Translations under genes and position numbers: made by a program | Notes under the pieces: generated by a model | Seen by the model: the letters and a program-made list of their open reading frames with translations, nothing else | Database searches by the model: none | Told to the model about the DNA's origin: nothing | Shown here: piece after piece, positions 1 through 8,892 of the stretch | How positions within the stretch are numbered: position 1 is the first letter of the stretch | Layout of the letters: the number at the start of each line of letters is the position of its first letter | Virus record (IMG/VR): IMGVR_UViG_3300046507_000667 | Coordinates: 1-64,000 of that record | Length of the DNA stretch: 64,000 nt | Reading direction: 5' to 3' (one strand)

Positions 1-84
1 TTCAGTCTGTGCATCTGTAAATACATTGCTAAATGTAGCTAAAGTAGAAGCAATCGACGCATTAGGAGAGATTGGTGCTGGCAT
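1..84 (-). CDS. 5' part of a hypothetical protein running off the window start (MPAPISPNASIASTLATF...)
   Basis: ATG at 84-82, open frame to window edge, directly downstream of the 86-499 gene. Confidence 0.6.
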   Translation of the reverse strand, partial: MPAPISPNASIASTLATFSNVFTDAQTE

Positions 85-85
85 A

Positions 86-499
86 TCACTGCTCGTCTAG
101 ATTGATTTTACGATGATGATCTTCATCCTTCTCTTTATCTTCATGATCAGGATATTTGCCTTCTAGAGCATTGAATGTCTTGACCTTAGCCTTGAGCATA
201 CTTAATACTTTAATTTGAGCACGTAACTCTTTGCAACGATCTTCATCAGACGGCTTAGTTTCTTTCAAACCATCTTGAGCTTTCTGACGGACATTATCAA
301 TCTCAGTGAGAAGTTCAGTCTTATCGCTATGAGATTTAATATGCTTTGCACGTTCAATAAGCTTATCAGCTTGAGTAAGTGAGAAGTCTTTGTATGTCTT
401 AGTGACCCAATGTTTTAGGTCTTCAATCTTATCTGCAAAGAATCCTTTATCCTCATCTTCAGTGAGCACTTCCTTTTTGAGTTTAAGAAAAATTGTCAT
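86..499 (-). CDS. hypothetical helical protein, possibly a distant member of the MALFL head-protein family
   Basis: ATG at 499 (MTIFLKLKKEVLTEDEDKGFF); LTE motif followed by a K-rich amphipathic helix as in 33030/52874. Confidence 0.6.
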   Translation of the reverse strand: MTIFLKLKKEVLTEDEDKGFFADKIEDLKHWVTKTYKDFSLTQADKLIERAKHIKSHSDKTELLTEIDNVRQKAQDGLKETKPSDEDRCKELRAQIKVLSMLKAKVKTFNALEGKYPDHEDKEKDEDHHRKINLDEQ

Positions 500-500
500 G

Positions 501-1070
501 TCAAATCCTGTAAAGGGTAACTCGGAAAATGTCAGCGAAATTATCAATGTGTACTGTCTTTTTTGCAAAGACCTGCACTGATCCAATTTCAGAACCGTCA
601 GTACCGATAGTTAAACTGTTTAAAATATTTAAATCATTTTTATTTTTAAAATCTTCTCTAAATTCAATACACATAATAAGTTTAATTCTTTTATTAATTT
701 TAATCTTTAAAGAAGTATTTAAAGAATATACTTTACCTTTAATAAAAGTTTCATATCTTTTAAAAATTAAAGTGTTTAATAAATAAATTAATTTATTTAA
801 AAATTTATTTTTAAATGTATTAATATTAAAAAGACTACCAAAAATATAAGGAGTTGTAATAAATTGTGCTAAAAGTGCAAACTTACTTACAGTTCCTACT
901 TGAGCAAAAAGCTTTACAAATTCACCATCAAATGTATAATCTTTAAGCCCACTATCAATTTCAGAAATTGTCTTTTCTGGAAAGCAATTGTATAGCTCTT
1001 CATTGAAATCAATGGTGATGTCGCCATTGTTCACAAGACTTTTTAAATCTGAATATGTTAACGGAGTCAT
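501..1070 (-). CDS. hypothetical protein
   Basis: 189-aa ORF coupled to neighbours; very AT-rich central part. Confidence 0.65.
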   Translation of the reverse strand: MTPLTYSDLKSLVNNGDITIDFNEELYNCFPEKTISEIDSGLKDYTFDGEFVKLFAQVGTVSKFALLAQFITTPYIFGSLFNINTFKNKFLNKLIYLLNTLIFKRYETFIKGKVYSLNTSLKIKINKRIKLIMCIEFREDFKNKNDLNILNSLTIGTDGSEIGSVQVFAKKTVHIDNFADIFRVTLYRI

Positions 1071-1107
1071 GATTTTCCTTAGAAGCTTACGTTATGATTC
1101 TACTATT

Positions 1108-1815
1108 TTAGTTATTGATGACTGTTTTTGCAAAATAATCATTGAATGGCAAGAAGATATGATCGGTAAGTTGAATAAATTCAAAACCTTCATCTTTAGT
1201 TGCCTTTGCTTTTAGTTCCTCTTTATATTCATCACGAGCTTGATAGTGAGCATTTGAACCTTTAATTTCGATGATAAGATTCAGTGATGGAATATAAAAA
1301 TCTGGTAGATAGAATGATGCTACATCACCCTGTCGATAGTAAATAGTTGGTGCTGGAGCAAAGCATTGTGAATTGAATTTATAAACTACCTCAAGATACT
1401 TGAGAAAATCATATTCATAATCACCTGTAACACGAGTTACATCGCCATTATTCCATACATAGTCCTTCGAAATTGAACGACTATCTAACATTTTCTTTTG
1501 CTGCTCTGGATCATCTAGAATATGGTATTTACCATACTTAGCTAGCATCTTCTTCTTAAAGTCTTCACGATATTGAAGGCGCTCTTCTTCATTAGCAAAG
1601 CGTTCATAACGTTCAGTTACTTCATTCCAAGGCGTCGGTTTTCCAGAAAGCACAGACCTACCTTGTGTCTTTTTATATTTCAGATTGAAATAAAGACGTG
1701 AAGGTGACATATCGTCTGAAAGTAGGTTTGGATACTTTTCTTCAATATAAGCGTACATCTGTGCCTTAGTTGAAAACTTAGCCTTATCCAAGGGGAACAC
1801 AAATTGTTTTGCCAT
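1108..1815 (-). CDS. PD-(D/E)XK endonuclease with TnsA-N-like C-terminal domain
   Basis: C-terminal YLPDFYIPSLNLIIEIKG motif; ATG at 1815 below a late promoter. Confidence 0.75.
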   Translation of the reverse strand: MAKQFVFPLDKAKFSTKAQMYAYIEEKYPNLLSDDMSPSRLYFNLKYKKTQGRSVLSGKPTPWNEVTERYERFANEEERLQYREDFKKKMLAKYGKYHILDDPEQQKKMLDSRSISKDYVWNNGDVTRVTGDYEYDFLKYLEVVYKFNSQCFAPAPTIYYRQGDVASFYLPDFYIPSLNLIIEIKGSNAHYQARDEYKEELKAKATKDEGFEFIQLTDHIFLPFNDYFAKTVINN

Positions 1816-1844
1816 GATTTTATATGAGAGTTGCAATATAGTAT

Positions 1845-1869
1845 TATAAAGTTGTTAAACAGTTAATTA
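1845..1869. promoter_or_regulatory. overlapping divergent late-type promoters (AACA-N6-TA on both strands)
   Basis: + AACA GTTAAT TA 1858-1869; - AACA ACTTTA TA 1856-1845. Confidence 0.7.
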
Positions 1870-1907
1870 GTTTGTAACTTCTCTTCTTTTTGCAAAGGAC
1901 TTATATC

Positions 1908-2309
1908 ATGCTTAAAATCGCACTATCATTTTTACATAACCTAGTAGGTAATCTTAGGTATGTACTACTCTTACTAGTCATTGCATTTGCTGGATACTAT
2001 ATCCATTCTTATATCAAGACTAGTGAGAAAAACCAAATCATCAGTGAAAATAACATCGTTTTGAAGAATACAGTTACCTCGAATGCAAAAGCAGACAAAG
2101 CTAAAGCCGAGATTACTGTGGTTCAAAGTGATGCAGTCTCCGCTACTATCGCTACAGCTAGTGATATTAGAAAGAAGACTGACATAGTTAAGAAAGCTAA
2201 TGAAGCTATTAGCACAAATCAAAAAGTATCAAATGATACTGTCAATGCAATTCAAGCATTATCAGATCAATTTGATGAAGATGTAGCTAATCTACCAGAC
2301 CTAAAATAA
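1908..2309 (+). CDS. inner-membrane spanin (Rz-like, i-spanin)
   Basis: N-terminal TM helix (YVLLLLVIAFAGYYI) then Ala/Lys-rich coiled coil; lipoprotein gene nearby. Confidence 0.7.
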   Translation: MLKIALSFLHNLVGNLRYVLLLLVIAFAGYYIHSYIKTSEKNQIISENNIVLKNTVTSNAKADKAKAEITVVQSDAVSATIATASDIRKKTDIVKKANEAISTNQKVSNDTVNAIQALSDQFDEDVANLPDLK

Positions 2310-2319
2310 GGAAAAGACC

Positions 2320-2742
2320 ATGACACCAATTCCATCAGTAGCTACTTATATGCTAGCTGAAACTCTAATACTTCTAGTAATTTTTCAGCTAAAGCACCTT
2401 GTTGCTGACTATATTTTCCAAACTAAATACATGCTTGGAAAATTTAAAGATACTAGTTGGGTTCTTCCTTTATCAGCCCATGCATTGGTTCATGGATCAA
2501 TCACATTTGCTATCATTGCAAGTTATATTGGAATTTTCAATGGAGTTCTAATTGGCTTGATTGATTTTATAATTCACTTTGTAATTGATCGTCTTAAAGT
2601 CATTGCAAGTCGTAAAGTTACTATTGATAAACCGAAATTTTGGATTGCTTTAGGAGTAGATCAAATGTGCCATCATTTGACTCACTATAGCTTCATATTC
2701 ATTGTCATCTGTAATAAATACAGTCACTTCTTGGTAAAATAA
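2320..2742 (+). CDS. DUF3307-family integral membrane protein
   Basis: KHLVADYIFQ, HALVHG, HFVID, DQMCH motifs with TM segments. Confidence 0.8.
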   Translation: MTPIPSVATYMLAETLILLVIFQLKHLVADYIFQTKYMLGKFKDTSWVLPLSAHALVHGSITFAIIASYIGIFNGVLIGLIDFIIHFVIDRLKVIASRKVTIDKPKFWIALGVDQMCHHLTHYSFIFIVICNKYSHFLVK

Positions 2743-2744
2743 TT

Positions 2745-3092
2745 ATGAAAACACTTCTTAAGGTCACCATCGCATTAGCTGTTATTTATCTTCTTACTGG
2801 TTGTGGAATCTTCCAGTCAAAAGTACCTGCTCAAATAGTTGCTAAAGAAAAACTAACAGTAGTTCCACTAGATAAGAATCTTTTTAGTTGCCCAAAACCA
2901 CAGCCTGTAAAGTCTAAGTTTACTAATCTGGCAAATAAAGAAGTTTACGAAAAGGAACTAGACGCCGCCTTCAATGAAGCCTATGCTGCACAAGTTCAAT
3001 GTTATAAGTCAATGGTAAATATTCAAGTTACTTATGATAAGACTGCTGCAAAGATTCTTGAAGCAAATCAACCTGACACAGCAAAAAAGTAA
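2745..3092 (+). CDS. outer-membrane lipoprotein spanin (Rz1-like, o-spanin)
   Basis: signal peptide with lipobox LLTG/C, Pro-rich CPKPQP, second Cys in C-terminal helix. Confidence 0.7.
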   Translation: MKTLLKVTIALAVIYLLTGCGIFQSKVPAQIVAKEKLTVVPLDKNLFSCPKPQPVKSKFTNLANKEVYEKELDAAFNEAYAAQVQCYKSMVNIQVTYDKTAAKILEANQPDTAKK

Positions 3093-3098
3093 TTTATT

Positions 3099-5009
3099 AT
3101 GCAGATTGCACAAGAAACGTTTAGTGTTGTCGAAGATATTGTCAACTTTATCTCGCTTCTTGTCTTTAAAGATGAGCAAGAAGCAGATAAGCAAGAGACT
3201 CAAGAATCTGCTGCTGCAGCGGCTACATATCTTTCAGCAGTATTGAAAACTGATGGTAATACTGAAGCTCAACGTGCTGTCATTATTAAGACATACGTTG
3301 AAAAGAATAAGTATTACAAATGGTTATGGCGTAAATATGGTGTACCTTACTACACTTCTCGTCTAGCTAAAGACTTAGATATTGTATATCAGCCCACTGC
3401 AGTATTTACATCTAAACCACTCCTACAGAATTACCGCTCTCTATATAAAGAGTGCTTAACGTATTTCTATTTTACTTCCTATTCCAAAGCATTGGAAGGG
3501 CAAGATAATTATCGTAATCTAGCACTATACATTATCAATCTTATGGCATTCATTAAGATGATTCATGTACAACTAGAAACTCCTTACGATATCGATTTGA
3601 TGAATGAGAACCAACTAGATAAGTTCATGATGAACTTTGGTATCTCATATTTCCGTCGTTTCCCTATTTACTATAAGCAAAATCTTGCTCGTAGACTTAA
3701 TACTCTAATTTCAGAGAAGGGTACTGACCGAGTCATTACTGATATCGTCAATGTCTTTGGATTCGATAACGTTGAGCTACATCGATACCATCTAGTACGT
3801 GATGTCACCGATCCAAAAAATAAGTTTAATAGTATCATTACTAAGCCTAAATTCATTAGTCATAATATTGCTCTACCTTCATTGGCAGTGGCTATTAAAA
3901 CTAATCAGTACAAGGTATGGAATTATAATTCAGTAGTTGATGATGATCCTACATGGCAAGCTGATCCAAATGAAGTAGCTTCATACAATTTTGATCATAT
4001 TCAAACTAAATACTTCTCAGTTGAATCCAACTTTGAACTATTTAAAAGTGCAATGGATACTACATATCTATTGAATGTCATTAAGGAAGTTCGTAGAGAT
4101 TATTCAGCTAGAGATAAGATGACGATCTATCTCACTAATATCTCTAACCTTCCTATCAAAATTGAAGATTTGATTCTTACTTTACAAGTACTAAGCTTGA
4201 TGTATCATGGTGTACAAGATGTAATCCAATATGATCTAGATAATATTGGTGACATTTATATGTACAATATTCATGACAGTTTAGTCGAAACTAAGAAATC
4301 ATTCAATACTGATGATGCTTCAGTTCGTGAGACAGTAATGCTCACTGATATGGATAGTGTAAATAGTTTTGGTTTTACTGATACTAATGCTTTACATAAG
4401 CAAGGTAAAAAGGTCCGTTCATATTATGAAGATCTTTTAGAATCAACTACAAAGTATCCTAAATTTAAAGCTCTTGTAGATTTATACAAGTTTAAATTCA
4501 TCCAAAAGTATAATAATAGTGTATTTAAACCATATGCTACTTATACTGACTATATCAGAGCCAATAATAAAGACCTTGGTACTTACCTTCAAGCTATCAC
4601 TGATATTGTAAGTGACACTGATCGTAAAGATGAAATTGAACGCCAAATTGTATATCTAACAGATGCTGTTAAAAATGCATTAGGTGATAATACTCTTGTA
4701 TTTGATAATGATGCTACTGACATTATGGCTTCATATATCCGTGAAGTAGTGGATGTATTCAAAGCATATACAGTAATGCTAAAAGATATGAAAGTATCTA
4801 TTCTTGTCAAAGATAAGACTGTATATAAGCTTATTGATGATTACTATTTCCATGCACATATGGAATGGACTGACAGAATTCCTGATTTAAGTGATGCTAT
4901 CAATCCTATGCATGGAAAAATGGATGCTTATAGAAAGAAAGGATTTATGTGGCGTGATTATGTACGAGTAAATGATTCTTTTACTATTAATCATGTAGAT
5001 TACTCATAG
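3099..5009 (+). CDS. baseplate wedge-like virion protein
   Basis: LNTLISEKGTDRVITDIVNVFGF resembles the KGT..G motif of P2 gpI / T4 gp7-type wedge proteins; followed by a collar/fibre-type gene. Confidence 0.55.
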   Translation: MQIAQETFSVVEDIVNFISLLVFKDEQEADKQETQESAAAAATYLSAVLKTDGNTEAQRAVIIKTYVEKNKYYKWLWRKYGVPYYTSRLAKDLDIVYQPTAVFTSKPLLQNYRSLYKECLTYFYFTSYSKALEGQDNYRNLALYIINLMAFIKMIHVQLETPYDIDLMNENQLDKFMMNFGISYFRRFPIYYKQNLARRLNTLISEKGTDRVITDIVNVFGFDNVELHRYHLVRDVTDPKNKFNSIITKPKFISHNIALPSLAVAIKTNQYKVWNYNSVVDDDPTWQADPNEVASYNFDHIQTKYFSVESNFELFKSAMDTTYLLNVIKEVRRDYSARDKMTIYLTNISNLPIKIEDLILTLQVLSLMYHGVQDVIQYDLDNIGDIYMYNIHDSLVETKKSFNTDDASVRETVMLTDMDSVNSFGFTDTNALHKQGKKVRSYYEDLLESTTKYPKFKALVDLYKFKFIQKYNNSVFKPYATYTDYIRANNKDLGTYLQAITDIVSDTDRKDEIERQIVYLTDAVKNALGDNTLVFDNDATDIMASYIREVVDVFKAYTVMLKDMKVSILVKDKTVYKLIDDYYFHAHMEWTDRIPDLSDAINPMHGKMDAYRKKGFMWRDYVRVNDSFTINHVDYS

Positions 5010-5011
5010 CC

Positions 5012-5023
5012 AACAAACCTTTA
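5012..5023 (+). promoter_or_regulatory. late-type promoter AACA-N6-TA
   Basis: AACA AACCTT TA 36 nt before ATG 5060. Confidence 0.7.
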
Positions 5024-5059
5024 GAATTTATAGCTTTCAATAACTATCTTGGATATATA

Positions 5060-5752
5060 ATGATCGAATTTTTAGATGAACCAAGGATTATGCGTCTGGA
5101 AGATCAGATGCTAATGAAGGATATGGCTGGTAGTAAGCGCACCAAAAACTTCATTGTAGTTCGTTCACCACGTACAGGTGAAATTCTTTGGACTAGACAC
5201 AATCTAGTAGTTAATGGTGGTCGTGAGTTTACACTCCGTAAGCTATTTAATATTCCTTATGCTGGTGAAACTGCAAGTCAACTTTGTAGTCGTAAGGTAG
5301 CATTCTTTGGTATTGGTTCAGGTGGCACTCCTGTAGCTGATCCATTTATGCCTATCGCTCCAACTCCAGCAGATTCAAAGCTAAATAATGAAGTAGCTTT
5401 CCGTTCAGCTACAACTACTGCTCCATTAACTGATACTGAATTAGGTCTATATAACGACCAACGTTCAGATGGTACTGGTGGCTTCTTATATTATAAGAAA
5501 GCCTTCACTGATATGGAGCTAGTACTAAATACTAATACTGATGAAGATTATGTCCATCTAACTCTTGATATTTCAGATTTAGATGCTCGTGGCGCACTTA
5601 TTAGTGAACTTGGATTATTCACCGCAATGAATAATTCTACTACAAATACATGGTCCAATTATCAACTATTTACTCGTATTACCTTCCAAACTGAACCAAT
5701 GTCAATTGACACTAGTAAAGGTTTGAATATCGATTACTACGTATATGCCTAA
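5060..5752 (+). CDS. tail collar/fibre attachment protein (DUF3751-like)
   Basis: FFGIGSGG...P..ADSKLNNEVAFR...ISELGLF pattern. Confidence 0.6.
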   Translation: MIEFLDEPRIMRLEDQMLMKDMAGSKRTKNFIVVRSPRTGEILWTRHNLVVNGGREFTLRKLFNIPYAGETASQLCSRKVAFFGIGSGGTPVADPFMPIAPTPADSKLNNEVAFRSATTTAPLTDTELGLYNDQRSDGTGGFLYYKKAFTDMELVLNTNTDEDYVHLTLDISDLDARGALISELGLFTAMNNSTTNTWSNYQLFTRITFQTEPMSIDTSKGLNIDYYVYA

Positions 5753-5759
5753 GTAAATA

Positions 5760-6480
5760 TAGTATTCTCATGGATATATTATTTTCATGATAATGTAATT
5801 CATAGAGAATACTAATAAATATGCAAACCGTATTATTGCAATATTTATGGATATATTATCTAAATGCACTTATGATGTTAATAAGAGCCTGAAGTACCGT
5901 ACTTAAGCTTAATGAATCACTAGAAAGCTTAAGATATATCCTATTATATTTACGATAAAGAAGCAAAGCTAATGCAATCACAAATCATTGATCTTAGCGA
6001 AGAACAGCAAGCACATACAGTTAATAGCCCGGAAGATGATCGCCGGGATGATGATTGGTGGCAAGCACTTCGTTAAAGATCTATTGATATATAAAAAAGA
6101 TTCATTAGTGTAGTAGGATATAGTAGGGTCTCCAGAGTATTGGAGTTATTTGGTTTGCGAGGACCAAAGTAGTAAAATGATTCCGATGCCACGGAGTCTC
6201 GTAGTTGCTGTATCTCTACGAAACTAAGATATTTGCCAACTGTAGTATATCCTTAGGGGTTTTATTGTAGTACCGAATCCTTCAATGGATTCAGGACCGG
6301 AAGTTTAGTAATACTAATAAATATAAGTGCGCCTGGATAGTCATAGGCAACTAATGGGAAGACTAGCTACATCGTAATTGATACATCGTAGACTAGCAAA
6401 AATGCTTTAAAGTGCAGGGTATATAGGAGTGATCTGTAGAAGTCACCCATATATCAAAAATAGCATTGTGTGGTAGACGT
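5760..6480 (+). ncRNA. candidate large structured non-coding RNA (~720 nt), family not recognised; strand inferred
   Basis: no ORF over 35 codons noticed; at least 12 stems plus long-range pairs 5911-18/6099-6106 and 5866-73/6323-30. Confidence 0.65.
5972..6076 (+). CDS. small ORF MQSQIIDLSEEQQAHTVNSPEDDRRDDDWWQALR (34 aa) inside the structured region
   Basis: ATG 5972 to TAA 6076, purine-rich AAAGAAG upstream. Confidence 0.35.
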   Translation: MQSQIIDLSEEQQAHTVNSPEDDRRDDDWWQALR

Positions 6481-6493
6481 GATCAAAATTTGG

Positions 6494-6522
6494 TCCTGAA
6501 GATCCTATATGGGTCTTCAGGA
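6494..6522. terminator. 12-bp stem hairpin (terminator or leader stem)
   Basis: TCCTGAAGATCC-TATAT-GGGTCTTCAGGA. Confidence 0.65.
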
Positions 6523-6562
6523 TTAATTCTGTTTGCTTCATTTTTTTTTTATAAGAGAAATT

Positions 6563-7978
6563 ATGGCTGATACTGATATCGAAAATCAAGAGAATACGGA
6601 TATCGCCACTGAAGAGCAACCTAAACCACCAAAAAGAATTGATCCAAAAGATCTTAATTCGGTATTTAGTTTGCTTGAATCCGATATTACAAAATCATTC
6701 TTGATGGAAATGTTTGCAGTAAATGGAGATGCTGATGATGCAATAGTACCTCCAAATACTCCTATCAAGATTGATCCAAAAGTAATTCCTGAAGGTAGTC
6801 CGATTACTCAGTTTAAGAATTACAAAGATTTGGTTGGTAAGGAAACTACCATCGGCCGGATCATAGTAAATTTATTCATTTTTGGTATTTATGTCCACTT
6901 TGCTAAAAAAGAAGGTGGCATTGCAGATTATCCACTATATCCATTAGTCAACTTTGTTGATGCAGCTTTTGATGCTAAGACAATGAAAAATGCTGACTCT
7001 AATATAGTTAAACTCTATATCAATAGTCAAATAGATCACCAAGTTCTAACTGATTATATTGATAGATTGCAGTGGTTAGGTTATACATCCGCTATCTTTA
7101 CTTTACCTAGTCTTGATCTTAAGACTATTGTACCTGATGAAGAAACTACAAGAGTCAAGAATAAGCTTATTGCAGATAACCGAGATGCTATTGAAAATAA
7201 AGACGTTCTTAAATTCACTGAAATTGAGAATAAGGTTCTTGATGTAGCATCAGAAGAGCTTACTAAAAAGGGTGCCACTGGTAAATTCATTTACGATAGT
7301 GGATATAATGGATCGTGGAGTAACAACTATAAAGTTACATCAGTTTTCCGTGGAGTTGCTACGAAGACTGCAGATCCAAATGCTTTTGAAATTTGCTTAT
7401 CTAACCTTACTGAAGGTGTATCTAAAGAAGATATTCCTGCCCATGCTGACTTGGCTGTTCAAGGTGCAGCAGGTCGTGCTATTGACACCCAAAAGGGTGG
7501 TTATCTAAATAAGATCTTTATTAATGCATTCTCTGGTGTAGTTGCAGATAAAGAAGGTTCTGATTGTGGATCAACTAGAACAATTGATGCCATTATCACT
7601 AACAAGAACTATGATAACTACAAGTTTAGGTATATCAAAGAGGGTAGTAAATTAGTTCGTCTAGACGATGATAATAAAGACAAATATCTTGGCAAAGTAA
7701 GCAAATTTAGAAGTCCGATGTTTTGTAAGACACAAAAAATTTGTAATCATTGCCTAGGTGATATGTTCTATGTGATGAAGATTGAAAATATTGGTATGCA
7801 CATTGCCCGTATTTCAACTCGAATCATGCTATTGTCAATGAAGGCATTCCACAATATGGCTCTTAAACCTACAGAGTTTAATCTAAATGACTATGTAGAA
7901 GAAGCATCTGTTAAGATTAAGCCTAGTAAGCCTATTACAGATTCTATCCCTAAACAAGATAGATTTGAATTAACTTAA
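6563..7978 (+). CDS. rpoC: phage multisubunit RNA polymerase beta' subunit, C-terminal part
   Basis: AIDTQKGGYL (bridge-helix-like), SDCGS, RSPMFC...ICNHCLG zinc site; virion vs non-virion enzyme not determinable. Confidence 0.9.
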   Translation: MADTDIENQENTDIATEEQPKPPKRIDPKDLNSVFSLLESDITKSFLMEMFAVNGDADDAIVPPNTPIKIDPKVIPEGSPITQFKNYKDLVGKETTIGRIIVNLFIFGIYVHFAKKEGGIADYPLYPLVNFVDAAFDAKTMKNADSNIVKLYINSQIDHQVLTDYIDRLQWLGYTSAIFTLPSLDLKTIVPDEETTRVKNKLIADNRDAIENKDVLKFTEIENKVLDVASEELTKKGATGKFIYDSGYNGSWSNNYKVTSVFRGVATKTADPNAFEICLSNLTEGVSKEDIPAHADLAVQGAAGRAIDTQKGGYLNKIFINAFSGVVADKEGSDCGSTRTIDAIITNKNYDNYKFRYIKEGSKLVRLDDDNKDKYLGKVSKFRSPMFCKTQKICNHCLGDMFYVMKIENIGMHIARISTRIMLLSMKAFHNMALKPTEFNLNDYVEEASVKIKPSKPITDSIPKQDRFELT

Positions 7979-7990
7979 AAAAAAAAATAA

Positions 7991-8020
7991 CCCCTATACC
8001 CCCGTCAAGGAGGTATAGGG
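7991..8020. terminator. bidirectional terminator, CCCTATACC family
   Basis: CCCTATACC...GGTATAGGG between convergent genes, A-tract on left. Confidence 0.85.
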
Positions 8021-8026
8021 AATTAT

Positions 8027-8458
8027 TTATTCTACACGATAACCTTGAAAGGTAATCTTAGTAGGTGCAATAAGATCTGCTTCAGTTAGAAGCTTTTTAA
8101 TATTCGATTCAAGAATTGGTCCGTGACTAGAATCCTTTACATTGATAGTAAAGTTGATGCTTGCCTTAGTCAGTAAATCGACATTCATCACACTATTAAA
8201 TAGTGTATGCATCATCTTAATGACATTAGGAATGATTCGTTCGTGACCTAATGCATATTCTCTAAAATGGATAGTTACCGATACTTTCCTATAAGTTTCT
8301 TTAGCTAGATGTAATGCAAAAGTACGAATTGCTTCCGCCTGACTATCTAATTCCATATTGATAGGAAGATCAAACATAAGAAACATACGGAAGTCTTCCA
8401 TAGCATCTTCAATATGAATGATAACACTATCTTTTGTCATATTTGGCATGATACCCAT
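8027..8458 (-). CDS. hypothetical protein
   Basis: 143-aa ORF in coupled minus-strand operon. Confidence 0.75.
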   Translation of the reverse strand: MGIMPNMTKDSVIIHIEDAMEDFRMFLMFDLPINMELDSQAEAIRTFALHLAKETYRKVSVTIHFREYALGHERIIPNVIKMMHTLFNSVMNVDLLTKASINFTINVKDSSHGPILESNIKKLLTEADLIAPTKITFQGYRVE

Positions 8459-8466
8459 TTTTATCC

Positions 8467-8892
8467 TTATACATATCCTACTATTGGATCACCATTAATA
8501 GAGCAGGTTTTAGTGAATCCATATAGTAACTGCATGAAGTTATTCCATCGCTGATATAGACTTTCAAAGTCTTTACCCAAGCAATTAATAGTTGATAATC
8601 TTATATTATGATTGAATGAAATTCCTTCTTTTATCTCTTGAACTAGTAACCATTCAAGATGCTGAATAATGCTCATTAGTGAATCGTCATCTTTATGATT
8701 CCATAATGTAATTTCAGTCCAAACATAAGCATTATCCAAATCATCTTTACCTAGCTTAGAAAGATCATCCAAATGAATAAATTTCTTATCCATACATTGT
8801 GCATAATCATCCCATAATGATATTTCGCAGACTATTCTATATTTATCATTATTCAAGATATCGTTTGAAGCCATGTCTAATTTTCTCGTCAA
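8467..8892 (-). CDS. hypothetical protein
   Basis: 141-aa ORF overlapping the RNase H 3' end. Confidence 0.7.
   Translation of the reverse strand: MTRKLDMASNDILNNDKYRIVCEISLWDDYAQCMDKKFIHLDDLSKLGKDDLDNAYVWTEITLWNHKDDDSLMSIIQHLEWLLVQEIKEGISFNHNIRLSTINCLGKDFESLYQRWNNFMQLLYGFTKTCSINGDPIVGYV

Noticed and set aside
600-850. Extremely AT-rich stretch as a possible replication origin
   Set aside because: Lies wholly inside the open 501-1070 frame and shows no iterated repeats
6288-6310. TCAGGACCGGAAG resembles the SRP RNA helix 8 motif (CAGGUCCGGAAGGAAGCAG)
   Set aside because: The following GAAGCAGC half is absent, ACC/GTT does not pair around GGAA, and TTCAGG already belongs to another hairpin
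5760-6522. Assigning the large structured region to tmRNA, RNase P or a group I/II intron
   Set aside because: No GGGGC...CCACCA acceptor stem or T-loop, no GAGGAAAGUCC, none of the P/Q/R/S elements obvious in the three real introns, no domain-V motif, and the flanking genes are not interrupted
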